A DNA stretch of 64,000 nt, taken from Octopus bimaculoides (lineage: Eukaryota). The stretch's first letter is position 1, and each line of letters begins with the position of its first letter. Below, piece after piece: positions 52,201-64,000 of this stretch. The stretch spans positions 24,252,313 through 24,316,312 of the forward strand of contig NC_068998.1 of NCBI RefSeq assembly GCF_001194135.2. Reading direction: 5' to 3'. The notes under the pieces were generated by a model, which saw only the letters and a list, made by a program, of their open reading frames with translations, was not told the origin of the DNA and ran no database searches. The translations under genes and the position numbers were made by a program.

Positions 52201-54707
52201 GAGTAGTATCTGTATTTCAAAGGGTCAACCTAGTCACATTGTGTGTCAAGCTGAATTTCCCTAAGGGTAAGTGTGTCTGTGGAATGCTCAGCCACTTGCA
52301 CATTTTAATTTCACAAGTAGGCTGTTCTGCTGATCGGCTCAGCTGGAACCCTCGTGCCAGTGCCAGTTTTCTATGTTCATAGTGTATTGGATAAAGTTTG
52401 GTAGAGGTGCAGATTTGGTTATTGAAATCATTAAGTAACTTCAGGAAGGTAGCAAGCAAGAGGAAAGGTTAGTACACCAGACAAAATGTTTAGTGGCAAT
52501 TCATCTGCTTTTACATTCTGAGTTCAAATTCTGCAGAAGTCAGCTTTGCCATTCATCCTTTCATGGTCGATAAAATTAGCACCAGTCGATGTAACTGACT
52601 AGGTCCTCCCCACAAATTTCAGGCTTTGTGCCTATGAAGGAATTATTATTTAACCTCAGATCAGACTTGACTTGAGTGAGTCTGTGATGAAAGGCTTTCC
52701 ATTTTGACTCTTCCCTTCCTTCTTTCACATATTGCTTATCTAGGACTTCATTATGCAATGTGTCTTTTCCTTTTCAAGATAGTAGGGTGCAACATGAGGA
52801 AAGTTTGGCCATTTTCTTTAGCACAGTGAATAATCAAGTAGAAGCCTTCTGGTTGGCTTATGGAATTTAAATGGTTAATATCAAAGAAATGAGTTTTAGA
52901 AATCATTGCAAGGGTCAGTTAAAATCATTGTAAAAGTAAATGTGATTCATAGACCATATTTCCATGTGTTGTCACATAATGCTATGCACCAACACAGAAA
53001 GAACATTTCCACTTTGAACCAAAAAAGTACCCTAAGCTTGGGTACCCAATCTATGAGATAAGGTAAAAGGGACAAATTTGACATCTAGAGCTGGTGCATT
53101 TGAATGTTCTGAAATTAGCATGTCTAAGGTATTGGATTTCTAGACAAAAGTGTCATTTAAGTTTTATCTGTTTTGTATAGGAGATGATAATGTTTGGATA
53201 AAATGTGGCAAGGAGTTTCTGAATTTAAATATAGAACATAGAAATTGCAGAGAAAGAAGAGCTCACCTCATCTCATCTTCTTCCCCCACTCATCTTTGGA
53301 AAGGCTGTGGGGCAATGTAATCAAGCATGCCTTCCACCAGATACTGTCTGAAGCAGCAATCACTAATGTGAGACAAACCAAACTCATAGATGTTATCCAA
53401 CCATCTTGCTCATGGTCTATGCTTGAGTCTCTTGCTGGTTGATTTGCCTGTAAAGCCTGTCCAGTGACTCTTCCCTGCAACATTCTTACCACATGTTTGT
53501 AGTATCAAGTGTGTGATCTCTCAATTCAGAGAAGCAGCTCTACATGGAGCACTAAAAAGGAAAAATTAAAAGTAAAGTAAATACCCGTTTTAGCATTTGC
53601 TAGGAGTTGATGCAGGAATGTGTTTACTGCTAGCTTGAGCACAGTAGAGAAGAGCATCAACACTGAAAGTAACCTGTAAACCATTGCATAGGTAGAACAA
53701 CATTGAGTGAAAACTGTTAGCCATTCCATGTTAAGGGTAAAGACCACCTTTGGTCACAAATGACCATGGGATTGCACCTAGAAGGATCCCCTCTAAAGCT
53801 GTTTAGTAGAAGACCAACAGTTGCTCATGCCTACCAGTCTTCCCTCTCCATGCCATTGATGTTGTCCAAAGGAAAGGCAAAGGCTGATTGATACAGCTCA
53901 GCACCAGTGATGTCACAACTCATTTCTACAACTGAGTGAACTGGGACAACATGATATAAAGTGTTTTGCTCTAGAACACAACTCACAGCCCTATCTAGGA
54001 ATCAAAATCACAACCTCATGTTTTGTAAGCCTGACACCCTAACCACTGAGCCATGCACTTCACAAACCATTACATAGAGACATGATAATTACATCATAAA
54101 TTGAGGGAGCCTTAGTATGATTGCTTACTCTGCTAAAAAAAATAGCTAAGAAATAATACTCACAATTCACTGGGTAATGAAGTCTTGGTAATAATTAGTG
54201 TATCTGAAAAACTAAAAATGGTCATGGCGACAAACACTTGAATTATTGGTCTACTTGATTAGAGCTGATCTAATCTATGGCTAATCAATAGCTACAACAG
54301 CATTTACATGCTGGAAACATTTACATCAAGTATAGTCAGACACACCCAAAAGTCCATTAAACTATGATAGTGAAACTGGAAGAGGAAGTTATATGAGTGT
54401 AAACAAAGGGTACAGAGCAAAAACAGAGAAAAATAAAGAAAAATAAAGAGGAAAATTCTGCTGTTCACAATGTAGGTGTGGGCTAAATGGAGAGAATAAG
54501 AGTAATGTTACTTTTATTAAATCTGTTTTATTGGAAATAATATTGATGAAAATCTTTGAAAATTTAGGATAAACATCTATTTTACTGTACATATTTCATA
54601 TGCATATATATAAGTATAAAAACGAGTGTGTGAGTATGAATGGATGTACATGTGTGTGTATGCATGTATGTAGTTTATATATATACACACATAACATNNN
54701 NNNNNNN

Positions 54708-54745
<38 letters not shown>

Positions 54746-57164
54746 ATAGAGAGAAAGAGGGAGGGAAGCATATTTTTCATATAATTTTGTTTTACTTTTA
54801 CCTTCGATAAAATCAAATGAAAAACAAAATGATATTTGTACGCCATGTTCCTGGAAGTTATCAGGAAGCGATGGAGTGGGTGGTGGTGGTGGGCATGAAG
54901 TATATGTGTGTGCACAAGCATGTATGAGTGTGTGTTTGTGTGTGTATGTGTGTCTGGGTTGGTTGGTGGATGGGTGAAAGAATCTAATAAATATTTAATA
55001 ACGAAAGGTAAAGATTGGAAGAATGATAATATCTTATATTTCTGTCAGATGGCAACAAACTCCTCTAAAAGAGAAAACACTTATATTAATGCAACACAGC
55101 ATTGGAAATATATCACTGTTTAATAAAAAGTGTCTAAAGTTGTTGGTATTGATTACGTTGTCTGAACAGATTTTATTGAACACTAACACATTGTTGTCTA
55201 AAAATAATATTGCAAAATAATAAATTAAAAAAAAAAAAAAATTAAGGTTAAGAGATTAAGGGAGACAACTTTTTTAAAAAGAAAAAAATCACCCCTAAAA
55301 TAAAGAGTTTCTTCCATCCAAACACAGATGTCATCGAAATATTTTTGTAAATGGTATTTTAGAGAAGAAAAATCAATTGTTGAGGCGAATGATCGTAAAT
55401 GTACATTTTTCAATGCATAATTGGAAGAATGAGAAATAAATATTTTTAGAAAATGGAAATCAGACATTTTAATGATTGCAATATTTTCAGACTTAAAGGA
55501 TGGAGAGTTTATTTTAGCTTGAAATAATATATAAGTGAGCTTATTTAACAAAAAGGAAAAAAAGAAAAAAAAAAANNNNNNNNNNNNNNNNNNNNNNNNN
55601 NNNNNNNNNNNNNNNNNNNNNNNNNNNNNNNNNNNNNNNNNNNNNNNNNNNNNNNNNNNNNNNNNNNNNNNNNNNNNNNNNNNNNNNNNNNNNNNNNNNN
55701 NNNNNNNNNNNNNNNNNNNNNNNNNNNNNNNNNNNNNNNNNNNNNNNNNNNNNNNNNNNNNNNNNNNNNNNNNNNNNNNNNNNNNNNNNNNNNNNNNNNN
55801 NNNNNNNNNNNNNNNNNNNNNNNNNNNNNNNNNNNNNNNNNNNNNNNNNNNNNNNNNNNNNNNNNNNNNNNNNNNNNNNNNNNNNNNNNNNNNNNNNNNN
55901 NNNNNNNNNNNNNNNNNNNNNNNNNNNNNNNNNNNNNNNNNNTATATATATATATATATATATATATAACTTATACCTATATACTGATATATTTATACAG
56001 AAAAATAAATATATATATATATATACACACACACATATATACATACGCACACACAAAAATATATAGCTGTAATTTTTCAATACAAGCACTTGAACAAGTC
56101 TCTATACGATGCAAAGCAAACACATTTGTGCACATATATGTAATAAATACACACATGGTGCATCCAAAAGTCAGTTTTGTTGAAATGCGTGGATTTTCTC
56201 GAGGCACATATCACCAGGCAGCTATTATCTGCTACTGGTGAGCCATCCAAACAATGAAGAGAGTAAATTTCTAGCATACTCATAGTACAGTACTGCTCTG
56301 ATTCATCTATTGCATACAAAGTTTACATTTTCTGTTAGTCTGCTTGTCATTCTGCTACACATTTTGTATGTCCATTGGGACAGCATATGGAGTTTATAGC
56401 TAATCGGTCTCTACATATCAAGCAAAATCATTTCCCAGAAAACAGCAATGTTCTGTCTTATTTGCAATTTACTAAAACCTTAATCTTTGCTATGTTTACC
56501 TTAGTAGTTTTAGGTTTAGCTTCTCTACTTGGAATTTCCTCTCTAATTCCCCATATAATTTCAGTTATGAGAATTAGATCACTAGAATATAGGAGTTCCC
56601 ATGAACAGTTAGTCTTAAACACCTCTGTGATGGCCTGTAGAATTATGAAGAATAACAGAGGACAGAAGACTAAATCTTAAAGGACACCTATTTTTTTCCT
56701 TTTATATTTTACTTTTTCAGTCATTAAACTGCAGACATGCTGGGGCACTGACTTAGAGAATTTTTAGTCAAATTATTGACCTCAAGCCTGTCTCTCTTTA
56801 AAGCCTGGTACTTATTCTACTGGTTTCTTTTGCAGAACTGATAAGTTGCAGGGACATAAACACACCAACACCAGTTATCAAATTGTAGGGGGATGTAAAC
56901 ACAGATACAAGCACACACACACATAACTATAAGTATACGTGTCTATTTGATGGGCTTCTTTCATGTTCTATCTGCCAAAACTACTCATGAGGCTTTGGTC
57001 AGCCAAGGCTATGGTAGAAGATACTTGCTTAAGGTTCCACACAGTGGAACTGAACCTCAAGCCATGTGATTGAGAAGCAAGCTTCTACCACAGTCACATT
57101 TGTGCCATGCCACCTATCTTTATGCTAAAAATATCATTGAAATTGTTGTCAGCTCTCACTACAC

Positions 57165-57530
57165 AGAATCTTTGTACATAGCTTGTATATCACTCACAAG
57201 CTATTCATCTATATCTAGTTTCCTTGAGGACCATCAAATTACTAAACATGTCGCTCTGTCAAACACCTACAAATCAACAAATGCTTGTTTATTCTTAATC
57301 AAGTATTTTGCCTGCAGTTACCTCAGTGGGAAGATTGCATCTGTATTACCACTTGCAGGCACAAAACCAAACTGCATCTCATCTATGACTCTCTTTATGT
57401 TCTTCATAACCAGATACAGTAATTAGATTTCTCTATTGTTACTTCTATCTAAGGCATCCACTTTGCCTTTACAATGAAATTGCTATGCCAGTCCTTGAGT
57501 ATAACACCTTCCTTTATAACTAGATTGATG
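57165..57530 (-). mobile_element. RTE-type LINE RT core fragment
   Basis: Minus strand CKGKVDALDRSNNREI*LL..IDEMQFGFVPASGNTDAIF.LR*LQAKYLIKNK..AFVDL..FDR..RKLDIDE*LV..IQAMYKD. Confidence 0.85.
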
Positions 57531-59984
57531 GTACATGTGGTAATCATATATCTTACATCAGCAGATATTTTGAGCATCTCAGCAACTATTGTTTAAGGAT
57601 CAACAGATCATGAAAATTACACATTTTTACCATAAGAGAGAAATTTTTCTCCATGGTAACTGAAGTGAATTTACCTTTAGCAGCTGAATTATGTCACAAA
57701 CATATTTTAACTAACCTAAAGTTCGTTTATGCCTAAGAACTGCTTGGTGCTGATATTACAGTGTTTATCATGACCGTGGAGGTCTAGTGGTGCAAATTAG
57801 TCAATGTTCTTGACTGTATTTTAGTTAAAGCCATGGCTTTGACTAGGTCTTCCCAGAGTTGCCTCACTTTGATATTTCCCATTGATAATGACTAAAGAGC
57901 TAGAAACATTGATGTCTGAGAGTCCGACAGGAGGCAGCAATAGTAAGATGTAGTATTTTTACAACTTTTTAACATAAGAGAGAATTTGTTTCTCCACAAT
58001 AAGTGCAGTGAAATTGCCTATAGCAGTTGAAATATATTACAACATATTTTAAATAACTTAAAGTTTGTGTGTGTGTGTGTGTGTTGTGCTTGTGTTTGTC
58101 CCCTACAACTATTTAACAACCAATGTTCTTTCGTTTACACCCCCATAACAGCAGTTTGTCAAAAGTGACAAATAGAATAAATACCAGGTTTTTAAAAAAT
58201 TAGTACTCAGGCTGATTTGTTTGCCTAAAACTCTTCAGGGCTACCACAGCATGGCCCCAGGCAAGACAGAAACAAATAAAAGGATATATATATATATATA
58301 TATATATAGAAGAATCATATTAACTCATGAGACATTGGTTAGCTAGAGCCTACAGCAGAAGACTCTTGCCTAAAGTGCCACACAGTGGGATTGAACCTGA
58401 AACCTATGTGGTTGCAAAGTAAGCGTGTTTACCACACACCTATGCCAGTGCCTATTGTACCATAAAGCCAAGTTTAAATAAAAATAAAGAAAACAAAGTT
58501 GAGAAATGAACGACCATCATCATCAAATGTCCATTTTCCATGCTACCATGGGTTAGATATGGTTTGACCAGCTGCACTAGTCTTCAGTCTGTTTTGACTT
58601 GGTTTCTATGGCTTGATGCCCTTTCTAATACCAACCACTCCACAGAGTGTACTGAGTGCCTTTTACATGCCACCAGCACAGGTGCCATTCATGCATCACT
58701 GGTACAGTCATGCACCATAGTATTTGTTTCTCTGTTTGGAGAGATCAAATCTCACAGAGTATTATGGTATTTGCATACTCTGGGAGCAATAACATGATAT
58801 CAGAAATGAAGTACTACAGTTGATTAAGTCAATTTCTCATCTTCAATAAAATCATCTGCAAGGTCAAGCCAATAAAACAGCCTCACCTAACAAAAATAAC
58901 AGCCAATTTCTCATTAAACTTTATCTTTGAAAAATATATATATAAAGAAGGATAAAGTAGTTGAACGGCATATCCTGTTTGTTTTAAAGATGAAATGGTA
59001 ATTGCTGAATCACTAGGTGTAGTGTGTTTAGATATATCTAAGGTCCATCAACAAAAAAATAAAACAACACAAGTAGGAGAGGAAGGGGCAGAATGCTATA
59101 CTAGAATATTTACTTCTACAATTAATTTAGTCTGCTTCACACATCTTCAGCCTACAGACAACAGAAGATTGCATACTTGTTTTCTACGAAGCTAGCAGAA
59201 AGCAGAGCAACCATAGCTAATGTAAATCCAGCAACTTAATTGACACTTCGGATTGAAACCTGAACTGTAGTGACAAGAAAGAGTTCACATTTAGTGTTCT
59301 GTATGCTACACCTCCATACTCCAACATATTACTCTTACAACAAGGGGTGACCAATAAAGACCTCTATAGAGACTTTCCCCTGATATCAAAGGGGGTCAGA
59401 GCCAGGAGACTCCATTTTGCTGGGCACTGCTACTAAGCCAGGGACAAATGCATTAGGGATCTATTACTCTAGGAACTAATGCACAGCCATACAGCCATAG
59501 GACCAGTGGATTCAACTAACTACAGCATGTGTTGGTGGACTAATGATTGGTAGCAGCTCCTCAGTTCATTAGTTGAAGTCAGCAATGGAAGACAGGTACT
59601 ATTGGAAGAACGTCTGTGCAAATTATAGTAACTCAATCTAAAGAAAGGAACACTGCTAGTTTTCCTGCCAATATCATCAATCATCATATTTTGCGTTGTA
59701 AACTTTGTGCTCTGAGATCATCCCTACTCAATAAGAACACAAATATTTTTGAGTTCTATACTTTTATTAGTTCACCTAGAAAGCAATACTCCAAAATAAT
59801 GAGGGGTGAGTCAGAATTTTAAACTCAGAATGCACAGAACCAGTATAGATATTGCAAAGCATCCCTCTCAACTCTAACAATCCAATGAAGACCTTAGGCT
59901 GGTACTTTATTTATCAACACAACAAATTTAACCCTAATGGGATTTGAACTTGGTGTTCAGTCAACCACTGTAAATACCTACAGG

Positions 59985-60259
59985 CATGGGCCCGGGAACA
60001 GGGGGTGCAGGTGGTGCAAGTGCACCCCCTAGAATTTTTGCGGAGTGCAGAACCAAAATTTGCAGCCCTACTTATTTTACTCAGGTTTACAAAACCGTGA
60101 ATAAAAAAGTGATGTGTAAAAAGTACCTTGACGTTAGGTTCCTTCTCAAAGAACAAATCACAAAAATAAATAACAGAAAAAAAAAAACAAGACCAAATTT
60201 GTAAAAAATTTTGGACCTGGGTTTGCACCCCCTAAGCAAATTTCGTTCCTGAGCCACTG
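59985..60259. mobile_element. 275-bp hAT-type MITE with perfect 8-bp TSD
   Basis: TSD CCTACAGG at 59977-59984 and 60260-60267. Imperfect 15-bp TIRs CATGGGCCCGGGAAC / GTTCCTGAGCCACTG and subterminal GGGGGTGCA/TGCACCCCC repeats. It sits inside an older SINE-like remnant. Confidence 0.9.
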
Positions 60260-61929
60260 CCTACAGGATACCAAATTTGATGCCATAACAACTCTGACAA
60301 TTCATCACTACTGAAAAGTTTTAAAGCATACTTTACAGATAATTAAAGAGTCATCCTTGCACATGCATGTGTGCAAGCGCATTCGTGCATACACATACAT
60401 ATGTACACGCATGTATGATACATACCTATGGAATGTGCCAGTAGGTATTTAGAAGATCATAGTCCATATGAGGACTTAGTACTCGTATTATGTACAGTAC
60501 ATACATTTATTTTTTATTATAGCAAACAGCCATATGGAGAGTTCGTTTGTTTCACAAGTTTAGTCAATAGAGTGACCGAATGTGCCATTTACTCTTTTAC
60601 AGATTATGGGAGTTTTGCTGAGGATATGCTAGGGTGCCACATTGACATTTATTGGCAAATGACTTCATGTCATTCCTCATGCAGAGGAATTCAGAGTTTA
60701 TCTGACCCTGGCACAAAGCGAAATTAGCCATATAAGATGTGAAACAATAAGTCCAGAATAGCTTTTATGCTTCTGTTTATATATCAAAACTAAAAACCAA
60801 AATTACTAAGTAAATAATGAAAAATTGATTCTTCACAAGAGACAGTTTATTTAGTGGTGTTGCTGTTACTTAGAAATGCTTATTCTTTCTTCAACACCTT
60901 TTATTCCCCACAAAGACATTATATATATATAATTTTATATATATATACATCTGTCATTATAAATGTTCATCTACAACAGTTAATATTTTGCTTCAAGTCT
61001 CAGTCTTGGTGATTACAAAGGTCATGAAAATGAGAATGCAGCTGTTTTTTGCACCTGTGTTAAACTATTTAAACTATTTCACCATATATCATTGCACCAA
61101 AACAAAAACAAAACAAAGAAAAGATGTTGAATTTGAAATCAAATAATTATACCATTACACTGGTGAGATAGTAGAGCTTGTCTGTGTTTAGCCAAAGATT
61201 TGGCATTTTCTATAGTGTTCTTGTTGGTGGTGATGTTCTATATTTTACTACCTGTTCTGAACTGCATCATTAATCAATATATTTAACTCTTTCAGGGCCA
61301 CTTAAAGATATACAAGTTCAATTTGTTGATACACCTTAGCTTTGGAAGATGTAAAAACAGTTATAAATTTTGAGATAGTAATTTTTCACTACTAAGCTGA
61401 AATTCTATCATGAATATAATGTGAAAAGACATTCTACTGAAGTATACAAGACATTGTTTTATTAGTTAGATCTGAAAGAAGTGACTATAGTTGCTAGTTA
61501 CTGCAGCCTCTACAAGACTGGAAAATTGCCATGGTAAATATTCATCTAGAATAGTTACAAGTCAATGGCTGCAGGAAAAACACAGACAGGGAGGGAATGC
61601 ATGAGGGTCAATATTTTGGGCAAGAGAAACTGTTGGATGAGAGCACAACTGTTAGTGTACTGACTGAGAAGTGAACACTATATGGTTGACCAAAAAAGAA
61701 TGACTAATAGGTCTGAAGTGGCTAAGTAGATGGCGAATAAGACCAGTTAGCTAAAATTATCACAGGCCACTTTAGTATCAAAAATGAAGTGATAAAAGTA
61801 ACAGCACATTTGTAGATCAGAAGAACAATACATTGATAGAGATCAACAGCAGAAGAGTTTGTTAGAGCTATTTGACGACCTACAAAAGTGCAGTATATTG
61901 CCTTTAGTAGATAACATAGAATTAGGGAA

Positions 61930-62980
61930 GTGAGCATTAAGATTGTGTATTAAATATGTAGAGAGTATCAACATGAAAATGATACTAAAGATATGAGATC
62001 AACATAAGAATATTTCATTAAAGATGTGAGATCAACTGTATAGCAGCATACTAAAGAAATGCACTCAATATTAGGTATTACAGTGAAGATGTGGATATCA
62101 TCAGTATAAGAACATTAAATTATCCGAATCAACATTAGTCAATGTGACAATGTGAGATCAACATCATAACAGTACATTAAAGATGTGAAGTTAATATTCT
62201 AATATTAATAGAAGGTGGTGAGCTGGCAGAAACGTTAGCACACAAGGAAAAATGCTTGGCAGCAGTTCATTTGTCTTTACGTTGAGTTCAAATTCTGCTG
62301 GGGTCGATGTTACCTTTCTTCATTTCAAGGTTGATGAAATAAGTACCAGTTGAACACTGGGGTTGATGTAATCAACTCATCACCTCGCACAAAATTTCTG
62401 GCCTTGTGCCAAAATTTGAAACCAATATTATTATGTTAATTAAGGTGGCGTGCTGGCAGAATCATTAGCACACTGGGAAAAATGTTTAGCAGCATTTCGT
62501 CTGTCTTTACATTCTGAGTTCAAATTCCACTGAGGTCGACTTTACCTTTCATCCTTTAGGAGTTGATAAAATAATTGATCCCTGGGGTTCATTTAATCAA
62601 CCTATCCCTCTCACGAAACTGCTGGCCTTGTGCTAAAATCTGAAATCGAATTTATAATATTAATAAAGAAGGCGAATAAACATCAATATAGTGCACTGAG
62701 GATGTGAGTGTTAACTTTACAAGATTATATTAAAGATATGGAATCTACATTTGAGTATTATTAAAGAGGTGGACAACATTAGAACATTATTGAAGATATA
62801 GAATCAACATGTGAAGATTAACCCCTTAACATTCAGATTTCCCTGTGAAACGTATTGCTTATTTATTCACATTGTTTTGAATTAATTAGGCACTATCTTG
62901 AGGGGTCAACATTAAGAATAGTATGTTTAAAATGTTAGTTCAGCATTAGAACAAGATATTAAAGAAATGGACATACATAA
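61930..62980 (+). repeat. old degenerate minisatellite (~30-35-bp unit CATTAAAGATGTGAGATCAACAT...) interrupted by SINEs and a MITE fragment
   Basis: AAAGATATGAGATCAAC, AAAGATGTGAGATCAAC, AATGTGAGATCAAC, AAAGATATGGAATCTAC and GAAGATATAGAATCAAC recur on both sides of the SINE pair at 62211-62648. Confidence 0.7.
62211..62648 (+). mobile_element. two tandem SINE copies (GTCGACTTTGCCTTTCATCC family)
   Basis: Heads AAGGTGGTGAGCTGGCAGAA (62212) and AAGGTGGCGTGCTGGCAGAA (62442), each followed by the B-box and core. Confidence 0.85.
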
Positions 62981-63189
62981 AAATGTATAGGTGTCAAAAT
63001 AAGGATAAAACACTTGAATATAGAAGCTTTTTCAATTTAACCAGCTAGAAATATTGAGTAAATCTCCATTAAATCACACACTATTATTTTAGTAAAGGAA
63101 GGATGCACTATATATCTATAAGTTCTATCACTGAGAAGTCTGTTATCTTTCTTTCACCAGATTTTATGTAAAGCTTTTCACTAAAGAAA

Positions 63190-63400
63190 GTGTTTTTTTA
63201 CGATTTAGCCAAAAATTTACTCAGGAAGCTGAAATTGAAACTGGATAAAATTGTTGGTGAAGCAGCAAATATGAACAGTGTTCATAGAGATTTGACCACA
63301 AAAACAAAGGAAGGTTGTCTGCTTGTAATATATGTTAACTGTAATGGTCAAACTCTTAAATCTTGTTATCCAAGATACAATGACAAACACTGAACAAAAC
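63190..63400 (+). mobile_element. hAT-family transposase remnant
   Basis: LKLDKIVG-EAANMNSVHRDL..IYVNCNGQTL then (frameshift) LVIQD resembles DGAANMSG...YVHCxAHxLNLVxQD of hAT transposases. It probably extends further 3'. Confidence 0.55.
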
Positions 63401-64000
63401 TGAGTCTCAGCAACTTTCTAGGGGCCAGTCCCAGATGGTATGCACTCTGTGAAAGCACCATGATCATCAAAAAACACACCACAGGGTGTAACTAGGTGGT
63501 TGTGTAGATATGAACAGGTAAAAACTAGAGTAGAATAACTGCCTCTTCACTCAACTGAGATCAAATAAACATATGCAGATAGCAATGCAGTGTGATGGAT
63601 CATTTATCCTGAAATTAATAGTCATAGACAAACAGAATTAGTGAATACCTCTAGAGAAAGACTGCATAAGTTATATTGCCTCCATCCTCCAAAACAACTA
63701 TTGATTCCAGAAATGGCATAAACTTTGAAAGTGTTTGGAAATGGACTAAAAGGTTCGAGGAAATCATCCCAAGGAACATGATATACAATTCTTATTAAGA
63801 AGGAAGTGTTTTACAGAAAAAAAAAGCAATTTTTGTCAGTTGCTAGCTCAGGGTAATTCTCAATGGAAATGCCATTACCAAAAGCTGCCATCACATATCT
63901 ACATATCACAATCACTCTGTATAAGGTTAATGCAGAAATGGAGTTATGATTTCATGATAATGATTAAGACATACTTTGCGTTTCATTATATTATCATTAA

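Noticed and set aside
56075-56320. Protein-like open frames on both strands with possible splice sites
   Set aside because: The acceptors are weak, no homology is recognised, and they cannot be linked in phase to other exons.
60428-60727. 99-aa plus-strand ORF with an internal strong acceptor at ~60602
   Set aside because: No recognisable domain and no compatible upstream exon identified. It remains possible but is unsupported.
61292-61340. PLKDIQVQFVDTP* resembling a GTPase G3 motif
   Set aside because: A stop replaces the required Gly, and no other GTPase motifs are nearby.
1-64000. CRISPR arrays, operons, rRNA, prokaryotic defence systems
   Set aside because: No regularly spaced repeat-spacer arrays, no gene-dense regions and no rRNA-like sequence. 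The window is eukaryotic repeat-rich DNA.

Overview
Eukaryotic, AT-rich, repeat-dominated genomic scaffold with six N-gaps, long (AT)n/(CA)n/(CT)n tracts and no prokaryotic features. The SINE/RTE repeat set looks like octopus (coleoid cephalopod); this is my pattern recognition, not a database hit. Almost all ORFs in the supplied track are microsatellite read-through or transposon debris. Supported content: (1) three decayed Penelope-like retroelements (6973-8397 with RT YLDD + CxxxxCxxC + GIY-YIG remnant; ~10120-10730; 40727-41011); (2) several RTE-type LINE fragments, two mariner remnants, hAT and piggyBac-like MITEs and many tRNA-derived SINEs from at least four families; (3) hammerhead-ribozyme (HHR) motifs: the best at 43095-43176 inside a ~280-bp head-to-head palindrome, one inside a tRNA-headed SINE (320-365), and weaker ones downstream of a Penelope fragment (40511-40564) and in a second palindrome (39897-40158); (4) five fold-back structures from 124 bp to 2.5 kb; (5) a tentative, unidentified minus-strand gene with three phase-compatible exons (36602-36527, 28567-28427, 28250-28181). 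The most interesting theme is the co-occurrence of Penelope remnants with several non-autonomous HHR-bearing architectures. Repeat boundaries are read by eye and approximate to tens of bp unless a TSD or motif is given.
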